Shown piece by piece: positions 14,346 to 27,103 of a stretch of DNA of 56,233 nt (positions are counted from its first letter, which is position 1; each line of letters opens with the position of its first letter). This DNA comes from Prorocentrum cordatum (lineage: Eukaryota). The notes beneath the pieces are model-generated. The model was not told the origin of the DNA. It did not search any database and saw only the letters and a list, made by a program, of their open reading frames with translations. The stretch is taken from positions 62,001 through 118,233 of the forward strand of contig CAUYUJ010000101.1 of the NCBI GenBank assembly GCA_963575745.1, written 5' to 3'. The position numbers and the translations under genes are program-made.

Positions 14346-15553
14346 AGCATATCATCATCAGCATCATCAGCATCAGCATCAGCATCAGCATCCTCATCCT
14401 CATCGTCATCTTCATCCTGCTCCTCCCCCTCATCATCAGCATCACCTTCCCTATGGTCAACATCAGGTCCCCCAGAATCATCATACTGATCGTAAGCATC
14501 ATCATCATCCTCATCCCCATTGCTCATCGTCATCCTCACCATCATCATCATCATCATCATCATCATCGTCGTCGTCGTCATCGTCATCATCATCATCATC
14601 ATGCTCATCCTCGTTGTCATCCCAATTCTCATCTTCATACTCATCCTCATGATGATCCTCATCCTGGTCCGTGCCGTCATCATCATCACCATCAGCACCA
14701 TCATCGTCGGCATCGCCATCCCCATCATCTTCCGAGCACCATTACTACCCACCAGTACCAGCCAGCATCGTGACCATCATCGCCATATCACCATTACCAG
14801 CCAGCATCATCAGCATCATCCTCATCCTCAGGATCACAATCCTCATATCCATCCACGCTAGCATCATCAGCATCATCAACGCGATCAGCATCATCCTCAA
14901 CACCAGCATCATCACAAGCATTATCAGCAGCCTCCTCATCATCATCACAAGCAGCATCATCATAATCATCATCATAATCATCATCATCATCGTCATCATC
15001 AGCATCATCATCATCATCATTAACGTTCTCATCCCCATCCTCATCCTCATCCCCGTGATGAGCCTTATCCATATGTGTTATCATCGGCATCATCAGCATC
15101 ATCAGCATCATCAGCAGCAGACTCAACATCATCGTCGTCATCGTCATCCCCGTCGTGTTCTTCACCACCAGTCACCATCATCATACCACACCATCAGCAT
15201 CATCACCAGCAGCATCAGAATCATCATCATCGTCATCGCCATCAGCATTATCATCATTATGCTCAGTCTCATTTCCCATTATCATCAGCATCCTCGTCTT
15301 CATCCTCATCCATATCAGCATCAGCATCATCATCCTCATCGAACTCGTCCTGATCCCCAGCATCATCCACGTCCGCATGCTCATCCTCCTCATCATCCCC
15401 ATCCTTACCCTGACCATCATCATCCTGACCATCATCATCATCAGCAGCATCATCACCAGTTTATGAATCAGCACCATCATCAGCATCATCATCGTCATCC
15501 GCACCATCATCCTCATCATAATCCTGTAGCATCTGCATCAACCGCAGCAGCAC

Positions 15554-15585
<32 letters not shown>

Positions 15586-15592
15586 ACATCAA

Positions 15593-15628
<36 letters not shown>

Positions 15629-16380
15629 GATCATCATCATCATCATCATCAGTATCATCATCATCATCATCATCATCATCACCATCAAGATTATCATCAC
15701 CATCAGCATCATCAGCAGCAACATTATCTCATTCACCATCATCATCGTCATCATCATCAGCATCATCCTCGTCCTCATCTCCATCATCATCATCAACAGC
15801 ATCATCATCGCAAACTGCAGCACCATGCTTTAGCATCAGCATCAGCATCGGCATCAGCCGCAGCAGCACCATCAGCACCATCACCACCAATCAGATCAGC
15901 ATCATCATCATCACCACCATCATCATCAGCAGCCTCATAATCTCCTTCATCATCATCATCGTCATTTATCATCGTCCTCATCATCATCGTCCTCATCATC
16001 ATCGTCCTCATCATCAGCAGCAGCATCATCATCGCCAGCAGCTGCAGCAGCAACAGCAGCAGCATCATCATCACCATCACCATCATCATCTTCACCTTCA
16101 TCATCATCATCATCATCAGCATCATCATCATCATTATCATCATCATCATATTCATCCTCATCCTAATCATCATCGGCATCCTAATCCCATCCTCATCCTC
16201 GTCATCATGATCATCCTAATCCGCATCCTCATCGCCATGATCATCCACATGCTCCTCATCATCAGCATCATCATCAGCCTCATCCTCATCCTCATCATCC
16301 TCATCATCACCATCCTCAGCATCGTATCATCATCACCACCACCATCATCATCCTCAGCACCAGCATCATCATCAGCGTCG

Positions 16381-16413
<33 letters not shown>

Positions 16414-18300
16414 GCATCCTCATCCTCTTCATCATCATCCTCATCATCCTCGGCCTCGTCCTCATCCACATCTCGATGATCATCCTCATGCTCGTCCTCA
16501 TCCTCATCCTCATCCTCCTCGTCCTCATCCCCACCATCATCAGCATCATGAACATCATGCCCATCATCCGCATCAGCATCCACATCTTCATCATCTCCTC
16601 CATCATCATTATCAAGATCATCATGATGATCGTCATCATCATCATCATCAGCATCATCATCATCCGCATCCTCATCCTCCTCATCATCATCCTTATCATC
16701 CTCGGCCTCGTCCTCATCCACATCCCGACGATCATCCTCATGCTCGTCCTCATCCACATCCTCATCCTTCTCGTCCTCATCCCCACCATCATCAGCATCA
16801 AGATCAGCATGACCATCATCAGCATCAGCATCAACATCTTCATCATCTCCTTCATCATCAGTATCAAGATCATCATCACGATCATCATCATCATCACCAT
16901 CATCATCAGCATCATCATCATCATCCTCATCATCATCCTCACCCGCATCATCCGCATCAGCATCGGCATCAGCCGCAGCAGCACCATCATCACCATCACC
17001 ACCAATCAGAACATCATCAGCATCAGCACCATCATCATCATCAGCAGCATCATCTCCTGCATCATCATCAGAATCAGCATCATCGTCATCACCATCCTAA
17101 TCATCATCCTCATCGTCCTCGTCCTCATCATCATCGTCCTGACCATCAGCAGCAGAATCAACAGCAGCAGATGCAGCAGCAACAGCAGCAGCATCATCAT
17201 CATCACCATCAGCATCATCTACTCACCATCTGTACCTAATCCTCATCACCATCATCATCCTCCTCCTCATCCTAATCTGCATCCTCGTCGTAATCACATC
17301 GTCATCCTCATCACCATGATTATCCTCATCCGCATCCATATCCTCATTCTCATCCTCATCATTATCAGCCTCCATCAGCATCATCATCATGATCATCATC
17401 AGCCTCGTCCTCATCCTCATCATCATCACCCTCATCATTATCATCATCCTCGATATCATATCATCGTCACCACCACCACCAGCATCATCATCCTCATCGT
17501 CATCATCATCATCCGCATCCTCATCCTCATCATCACCATCATCATCATCATCCGCGTCCTCGTCCTCGTCCTCATCCTCATCCCCATGATCATCCTCATG
17601 CTCGTCCACATCCTCATCGTCATCCTCATCCTGACCTTCATCATCATCCTCATCATCATCATCAGCATCATCAGCATCCTGATCATCATGATCATCATCA
17701 TCATCAGCAGCATCATCATCATCATCTCCGTCATCTTCATCGTCATATCCTTCATCATCAGCATCAGCATCAGCATCAGTTTCAGCATCATCATCATCAT
17801 CAGCAGCATCATCATCCTCATCAGCATCAGCATCAGCATCAGCATCAGCATCAGCATCAGCATCAGCATCAGCCGCAGCAGCAACATCATCACCATCACC
17901 ACCAATCAGATGATGATGATGATGATCATCATCATCATCAGCATCATCATCATAATCATCATCCCTTTCATCATGATCATCATCATCCTATCCTTCATCC
18001 TCATCATCCTCATCATCCTAGGAGTCATCTCCATCATCATCAGCAGCATCATCGGCAGCAGCAACAGCAGCAGCCTTATCATCATCACCATCATCATCAG
18101 CATCATCCTCTTCTTCAACATCATCATCATCCTCATCATCATCATCATCCACATCCTGACCCCATACTCATCCTCACTATCATGATCATCCCCATCCTCA
18201 TCGTCATCATCATGATCATCCTCATCCTCCTCATTATCAGCAGCATTATCCTCATCATCATCCTCAGCATCATATCATCATCACAACCACCAGCATAACT

Positions 18301-18360
<60 letters not shown>

Positions 18361-18849
18361 GTCATCGTCATCGTCATCGTCATCATCGTCATCCGCATCC
18401 TGATCCTCATCATCATCCTCATCATCCTCGACCTCGTCCTCGTCCTCATGCCCATGATCATCCTCATGCTCGGCCTCATCCTAAGATTCGTCCTCATCCT
18501 CATCCTCATCCTCATCCTCATCCTCATCACCACCATCTCATCATCATCAGCAGCATCATCATCTTCATCACCTCCTTCATCATCATCATCATCATCATCA
18601 GCATCAGCATCAGCATCATCATCATCATCATCATCATCAGCAGCATCATCATCACCTTCTTCATCATCATCATCTTCACCTCCTGCAGCATCATGACGTA
18701 ATCCCCCATCATGTGCATCATCATCATCAGAATCAGCATCATCATCATCGTCATCATCGTCGTCATCATCATCATAATCATCGTCATCGCCATCGTCATC
18801 ATCGCAAGCATCATCGTCATCATCATCATCATCGTCATCAGAATCATCC

Positions 18850-18883
<34 letters not shown>

Positions 18884-18920
18884 CATCCTCATCATCATCC
18901 TCATCATCCTCATCATCATC

Positions 18921-18952
<32 letters not shown>

Positions 18953-21900
18953 CATCGTCATCATCGTCACCCTCATCCTCATCATCCTCATCTCTTCCTC
19001 GAACCTTGGCGGCGTCGTACCTGAAGCCCCGCCGCAGGGCGGCGAGGAGCTCGGGCCGGTCCCGCCGCAGCAGGGCGTGGATGTCCTCGGCGCTGGCGAG
19101 CTTGCTGACGCCCCCGCCCCGCGCCGGGCGTACGCAGAGCATGGCCCGGGGCGCTGCCAGAGGTGGCCCTTCACGTGGGAGGGAGACTGCAGGATCGACT
19201 TGCCCCCAAACTGGACTGTGTTCGTCGATCGACGGACATTCTACGTCTTCTGCGGGGGCCCTGGGACACACAAACAAATCGACACGAATCACCAGATTCC
19301 CCCTATTTCCCCATATGTTCTGGCTTTTCGTCTTCCCCCCCACCTTTCATATACTTTCACTGAAGAATCGACGATTCAGTGTGTCTGTGAGTTTTTGTTC
19401 CCCTCCCGATCTTTCTCGTCCTGGCGACGAGAAGAGAAGCTTTGGCGCGAGGTGGCACAGCAGCCGTAATTACGCGGCGGCTCACGCGGGCCGCCGGAGC
19501 GGCACGCTCCCTCGGAGGCGAGGGCGCTGCCTCGAGCGACTCGGCGCGGGCAGCCGACGCGCCAGATGCCAGCGCAGAAGAATCCGTTTCTGCTGCGTCC
19601 TCCTCCTCCCCCTCCTCCTCCTGCTCCTCCTCCTCCTCCTCCTCCTCCTCCTCTTACACCTCCTCCTCCTCCTCCTCCTCCTCCTCCTCCCCTCCTCCTC
19701 CTCCTCCTCCTCCTCCTCCTCCTCCTCCTCCTCTGCTCAGGTGGCCCCCGCTCTTCCCCTGAGATCTGGGCATGGCACTCTGTTCACACCGGGCGTCTTC
19801 GCCAGGTCTCGGGCCCCGGGGCCACACACACACCACGGATGGATGCGTCCCAGGAGACATGCCGCCTACAGCTGGGCAGCAGGGCTCCGGTCGAGCTCTG
19901 GTCCGCGACGTCGGGTCTCAGGGGTCGGCTGCACCCAGGAGGGAGGCCCAGCCGACACCAGCTCTTCCAGAGGGGCCCACGTGTCCTCCAGAGCCACCCC
20001 TGACGGGGGCCCAGAGGAGCCCCCCTGGCGGGCCCAGAGCGGCGCGAGAAGGCGGCGGGGGCACCTGAGGGGCAGCTTCAGGGTTAGATCGGGCGTGTCC
20101 TCCTACAGGCGGGTTTGGGACGAAAAATGGAAAATGGATCGAAAATAATCGAAAAATCGTCCCCAGAAGATGTGCTTTCTTAACCGTTTTTGCATGTTCC
20201 TCCTGTAGAGGGACGTGCCCGACGTAACTTCAGGGGCTGGCTGGCCCAGAGAGGGAGCATCGAGCTGGGACCGACGACGGATCGACGACGGAGATCGGCG
20301 AGGGGCCCCCGCCGAGAGAGAGGTAGAGGGAGGGGAGAGGAGGGGAGGGGAGGGCGGGAGGGGAGGGGAGGGAGGGAGGAGGGGAGGGAAGGGGAGGGGA
20401 GGGGGGGGGAGGGGAGGGAGGGGAGGGGGGGAGGGAAGGGAAGAGGGGACCGGCACGACCGTGACCGACATGCATCCATGCATAAGGATATCACGGGTCA
20501 TGCTGCTCCGACGGAACAACACGTTCCAGCGTGGGATCGCCGCCATCCCCGCACCAGGGTCCTCCAGGAAGCAAGGCTGGACATCCGGACACACGACCCC
20601 AGCACCGGTCGACCCATCCTTGTCGACTGGGCGGTGACCTGCGTACACTCCACCTACGCCCCACGCAGGCACGCCCGAGCCGAACGAGATGGACTCGCAG
20701 CAGCCCAGATTGTCGACGACAAACACGGCCGGTACCCCCCCCGGGAGGGCCTAGACCTCGTCCCGATGGTCTTCGAGACCGGGGGGCGGCCGTCCGACGA
20801 GGCCGTAAGCTTCGTTCGGAGCTACGGCGCCTCTCTTGAGGATGCCGACCTGTCCGAGCTCTTAAGCCGGATCTGGCGGGACATCTCACGCACCCTACAA
20901 CAAGGGAATGCGGAGATGATCCTGAGCGCCCTGGGGAGATTGGCGCCGACCACCACCACCACCACGCGTGACCAACCACCAGCACGACCACTACCAGCCC
21001 GGCCGACTCTCAGGACCACCGCCGCCAGTACGGCCACCACAGCGGCCAGCTGACTGACTACCAGCATCACCACCACCAGCACGACCACCACAGCAGTACC
21101 ACAACTACCAGCCACCACGACCACCACCATCACGACCACCACGACCACCACCAGCACGACCACCACGACCACCACGATCACCACCAACACGACCACCACG
21201 ACCACGCCGACGACCGCCGCCGCCGCCCCCCCGTCCCCCTCTCCTTTCTCCCCTTCCCTTGCTGGGCCGCCCCTGCCGCTGCGCCTTTTGCGCGACCGTT
21301 GCGTCCTCCTTCCTCCTCCCCCTGCTCCCCCCCCCCTATGCCCCTTGCGCGCTGGCTGGCCGGCACAGAGGGCGCGGGCAGCCTTCAGCCCGCGTCGCGA
21401 CCCGGGGCCTGCCTCAAGACGAGGCTGGCCCGGGGCGCACTGGACCGTGGACGGTCCCCCTCTGGGCGGCCCCCAGAGTGCTAGCGGGGGCGCCATCCCC
21501 ACGACTGGCGGGAGGGGGGAGGGAGGGAGGGGAGAGGAGGGGAGGGGAGGGGAGGGAGGGGAGGGAGGCGGAGGGGAGGGAGGGGAGGGGGAGGGAGGAG
21601 GGGAGGGAGGGAGGGAGGAGGGAGGGAGGGAGGGAGGGAAGAGGGGAGGGGGGGGGGAGGGGGGGGGGGGGAGGGGAGGGGAGGGGAGGGGAGGGGGGGG
21701 GGAGGGGGAGGGGAGAGAGGAGGGGAGGGGAGGGGGGCAGGGGGGAGGGAGGGAGGGGAGGGAGGGAGGGAGGGGAGGGTGGGTCGACCCAAACTCCTCC
21801 CCGAGCCTACTCGCCCCTAACGTTAGGTCGGGCATATCCTCGGACAGGCGGATTTCGGAAGAAGAATCAGAAATGGTCAAAAATATTCGAGAGCAGGCAA

Positions 21901-24900
21901 AATATACTCCAAAAATCGTCCCCCGACTATTTTTGACTATAACTGAATACTCCTCCTATAGAGGGACATGTCCGACTGAACCCCAGGTCCCCGTCGGCGA
22001 TGTCACTGGCCGATTGGGGGTCGACCCATCCCCCCCTGAACCTACTCCCCCCTAACGTTGCCCCTGGGCACCCCTGCAGGGCGACGAGGTCTACTTACAC
22101 ATATCCGCTGCCTGCTCCCTGGCCAGGCCCATCCCGAAGCCAACGGCTGTGTCTACGCCCCCCTGGCCAAGAGAGGAGGGCGTGGCGTCTGCATCCGCTG
22201 CCGGGTTCAGGATGGGCGCGGCCAGGGAGCAGCGCATGTGTACACAGACAGCCTCCCGGACATGCGACGTCCGAAAACTTCTCCAGGACGCCGTCCCGAC
22301 CCTCTCCCCGGGACTGGCTCTTCGTCCTGACTCGTTTTTTTTTTTTTCGCGGTCCCGCGGCCCGGCGAGGGCCACCCGGGGCCGAAAACGGCCAGAGGCT
22401 GCCCGTCCTGTTTTTTTTTGTCTTCACGACGCGCGCGCGCAGGCCCGGGCTCGCCCTGCCCCGGGCCAGGGCCACCCCCGGGGAGCGCCCGCGGCGCCGG
22501 CCACACGCCGGAGCGGCCCCGCGAGCCCGAGGCGCCCCACGGCGCGCGCGGCTTCGGGGCGGCGGGGAGGGGGGGGGGGCGCCGACCCCGGGCGCGCAGG
22601 CCGCGGCCGTCGCGTGTCGCGCTCCGGGGGGGGGAGGGGGGGGGGGGCCCCCGCGGGCCCGCACAGGACCCGGGCATCCAAGGTCTGGGCTTGTGGATGC
22701 CACGACCGTGGGCGCTCTCGCACAATCCGACACTTGAGTTAAAGAGGTGCTTCACGTGCAGAAAGCACGTTCTGAAAAAAAAACAAGCATGTGCTGGCAT
22801 GTCTTAAAGCACATGGGAAACATCCCTCAGACCTCTTCGACCTCTGGAAATGGTTTGGCAGCATGCTTCCTCGCCATTGATCGACTTCCACAAGTCTGGG
22901 TATTCTTCCAGGCGCGGCCGCCGGCAAGATGGGGTCGGGGGCTCTGGCCGCAAGTCTTGGCGGCGCGACCCTCTGTGCGCAGCGTCGGCTCTCGGGCAGA
23001 GCGTCGCAGGATCTTGCCGTCTGGGGAGGTCCGTGCGGAGAAGGGCCACTCCTGCAACCCTCGTGGCGGAAGACTCGAGGGATCGACTCCTCTTCCCCCC
23101 TCGCCTCCGTCCAAAGTTGGCTCTCGACGGGGCCGCTGCGGTAGCGCGATGTTCGGTGCAGCGTGGGGCGGGGGAGGGGGGGGGGGCGTCGCTGCGAGAA
23201 GGTGCGCCGGCGGCCAGGCAGTCCCAAGAAGACTCCGGCGCGACCCGTAGAGTTCCCTGGAGCCCATGCCCACGCTCCTCAACCGCTCCTTCTGAGCCAC
23301 AGATGTTGCCACCTCTTGGAAGCGCATCTTCTACTGCCGCTGCCCTCCGCCGGCTTTCCACCGGCTTCCGCCGGCGAAGGCGGCCTGGCTTTTACTCCCG
23401 CGGGCTCCAGCTGCCCTTCCGCCGCTCTCCCGCGGAAGGGGCTCGCCTTCGATACCCTCGAAGGCGAGCCCCTGCCTGGAGCAGCCCACGCGTTGCCCGG
23501 GGTGGCGAGCGCGGCGAACAAAAAATCGCAACGGTGTCTTGGTCAATGCTCTGGAGGTCTGGGGTGGCGACTCTCGGAGAAGTAGGGGGACGAAGAATGA
23601 CACAAACATATGAAAACTCGGAGGTCCGCGCGGATTTCTCGGATTTGCGCTTGACCCCCCGCCTTGGCGCGCGGAGCGCGCCAGGGGCGGCGCCGGAGGC
23701 GCCGCTAGGGGGGTCCAGAGCCGATCCGAGGAATCCGCGCGGACCTCCGAGTCTTTATGTTCATGTCGGTGCTCGCTCCCGGACGAGGGGCCACGCCTGC
23801 GTGTGGCCGCGACTGGCCAGCACGTCGCAGACCCCTGCGCCGCGCGCTGCCGGGATGGACGAGTCCACGTGCAGGCGCTGCTCCTGCGCGTTGCGGTAGC
23901 CCCGCCTCTTCGTGTGCCTCGCGGCGAGCACCTCGGGCGCCCGCGCGACCTCCACGCGGGCGCAGACCTCCCAGGCAGGAGCTGGGTCGCATCGCAGACG
24001 TGCTCGCGTCCGGGGGGGGGCCTCACCGGGCCCTGGGGCCGGCAAGAGACGACTCGGGACGCAACACCGGCCCGGGGGAAGGGGTCGGGACGTCCGGGGA
24101 CCGCGTCTTGAAAAAATCAAGGCATCGCACGTCTGGGACTACAGCCAAGTCGGGCGTGTCCCCCTACAGGGGGATGTTCGACGAAGGGTAAAAAGTGCCC
24201 CAAAAATATTCCACACTGGTCAAAAAGTACTCCCAAACATAATCCCTGGACTATTTTGTTCACTATTCGTGAATATTCCTCCTGTAGAGGGACGGGCCCG
24301 ACTTAAGACTGCAAGATGGCATCGGGCCGGAGATGGATCGCCGCGCCCACGAGTCGCCCCAGATCGCATCGAAGCCGGATCGCCGCGCCCGGCTCCGGCC
24401 GGCCGCGGCCGCGGCCTGCGAGCCGAACCGACTCGAACCTGGAGGAAAAAAAAGGGGCCCTGGGACACACAGATAAGTACACGCAAAGAACAGGATTCCC
24501 CACATGTCCCCATATGTTCTGGGTTTTTGTCTTCCCCCCCACTTCCCATGTTTTCCCATCTTTTCCTGGGAATCGACGATTCATTGTGTCTGTGTGTCTT
24601 TTCCCATCCTGAAAAAGAGCATCATAAACATAAACTGTTGGGTCCGCGCGGACGTCGCTTGGATCTGGGCTGGAACCCCCTTCCTGACGCGCGGAGCACG
24701 CCAGGGGCGGCGCCGGAGACGCCGCAAGGGGGCCCCCCCAGCGCAAATCCAGCCTGCGCGGAGCGCCAAAAGTCTATATGTTTATGCCGTTTTTTCGCCT
24801 TCAGGAATCGCATCGGAATCGCGGCCCTGGCCAGCAAAGCGAAGCGCATCGCAGCTCGGATCGTAGGGTGGCCCCGCGAGCCTCCCCGAGGTCCACCGAC

Positions 24901-27070
24901 TGCGTGACGGGGCGGCCCAGGTGCGAGCACAGCCCCAGAAAGGCCCTCTTGATGGGCAAATGTTCCACCACCACCACCACCACCACCACATGCAGGTCGG
25001 GGGAGAAGGGAGGATGAGGAGGTCCTCCTCCTCCTCCTCCTCCTCCTCCTCCTCCTCCTCCTCCTCCTCCTCCTCCTCCTCCTCCTCCTCCTCCTCCTAA
25101 ACATGGCAATGGTGGTGGAAGATGGGCCCGCCACCTCTGGCAGTCCCCCTCGCCGAGCTCGTCGGCCCACGCCGCCGGGAAGCGCAGCAGCACGGCCCCG
25201 CAGCCGCCCGCCAGCTCCCGCGCGGCCTCGCCGGAGCCCCCTCGAGCTGTGAGAAAACCACGGCGGGAGGGCGCTCGCTATCTTCGGCCTCGGGGGGCCC
25301 TCGCTGGCCCTCGAGATCGTCCGAACACGACTCGGGAAGGAAGACCGGTCCCTGGCCTCCTCCTCCTCCTCCTCCTCCTCCTCCTCCTCCTCCTCCTCCT
25401 CCTCCTCCTCCTCCTCGGAGGGCTTTCGCTATCTTCGGCCTCCGGTGCCCCCATGCCGGCCCTCGGGATCGTCGAGAAACGACTCGGGAGGAGAGACCGG
25501 TCCTGGGGAAAAAAAGGGCCGAGCCCTCCCGGGGGTCGACGCTGTGAAAAGAAATCATGGCGCCGGGGGTCTGGGCTGGAGGGGAAGAGAACGGTGGCCA
25601 GGACCAAGACTGAACGCGAAAACGTCCCAGGCATCCTACGCATTGAGAAAGAAAACAAAACAACAACAAAAACAAAAAAAGACGGGGGGGGTCGCTGTCT
25701 TCGGCCTCTGGGGTTAGGTCGGGCGTGTCCCCCTACAGGCGGATTTTGAACGGAAAATAAGAAATAGTCAAAAAATGCACCAAAATAGTCAAAAAGACTA
25801 AGAACAAATCGTCACCTGACTATCTTTTTATCATTTTTAAATATTCGGGGACGCGCCCGACTTAACTCTGGGGGCCCTTACCAGGCCCGGGATCCCAAAA
25901 AACATGCTCGGGATGACAAGGCAGATCCGGGGAAGAGGTCGAGACTTCTGGGGGCCCCGCGTTGCAAAAAACACGACGTCAGTTCTCTGGGTTCGGTACC
26001 GACCTTGGTCACCGCCCATCTCGGTCGCCGTCGATTCGCGGATTCTCCTCTCGAGAACCGGCGACGGCCGGCATGGACCACGACCCAGATCGGCGTCGAC
26101 AAGATCCCGCGACATCCTCCTTGAGATCCGACGTTGCGAGAAATTACCACGTCGCGAAAAGTCACAACCAGAGCCCTAAACCTCATCTTTCTGCTGCATT
26201 CATTCGAGCTGGATCGATATGCGATGGTCCCAAGGCCTGGAACAAGGTAATTTGTTGTCACATCATGCCGGAGACAAAACAATCCCATCGCGATGGGAAG
26301 AACTCGATGGCAATTTAAACGGTCGCAGCTGGCACCAGACAGTGCGCCCAAGAGCATGTCACCAAGAGCCGAGGAGGAGGGAGGGAAAGGAGGAGGAGTT
26401 GGAGGAGAGAGAAACATCACCCAAAACAAATCCAGATCGCCCGTTGTGGACGGACCGCGAGGCCAGGGTCTCGGGGTCGCCGGCGCGCAGGCGCTGCGTG
26501 CTTCTTGCCGCGGTGCCTCCCGCGCGCACGCCCCCAGGCGCGGGCCCAGCGGGAAGCTCTCCGGCCCCAGCCGCTCCAGCGGCACCCCCCGGCTGCAGAG
26601 GGACAAACAGCGGCACAAACGTCACTTCTCGGAGGTCCGCGCCTATGTCTTGGCTCGGCGCGGGGCCCCCCACTCCTCCCTGGCGCACGGAGCGCGCCCA
26701 GAGCGGGCCAGAGGCGTCGCCAGGCAGGCCCCGCGCCGACACAAGAAGTACGAGAGAGGCCTGCGATCGGAGTCGAGCTGCGGGGGGAAGTGAGACGGGG
26801 CAGGCCTCCTCCTCCTGCTCCTCCTCCTGCTCCTCCTCCTCCTCCTCCTCCTCCTCCTCCTCCTCCTCCCTCCTCCTCCTCCTCCTCCTCCTCCTCCTCC
26901 TCCTCCTCCTCCTCCTCCTCCTCCTCCTCCTCCTTCCCCCCGCCGCATCATCCTCCTCCGAGCAGGAGTCAGTCGGCGGCGGCGAACGCAGGGGGGAAAT
27001 GAGAGGGGGCTGGCCTTCTCACTTTACCCTGAGCTCGCCGCCGACTGACTCCTGCTCGGAGGAGGAGGAG

Positions 27071-27103
<33 letters not shown>

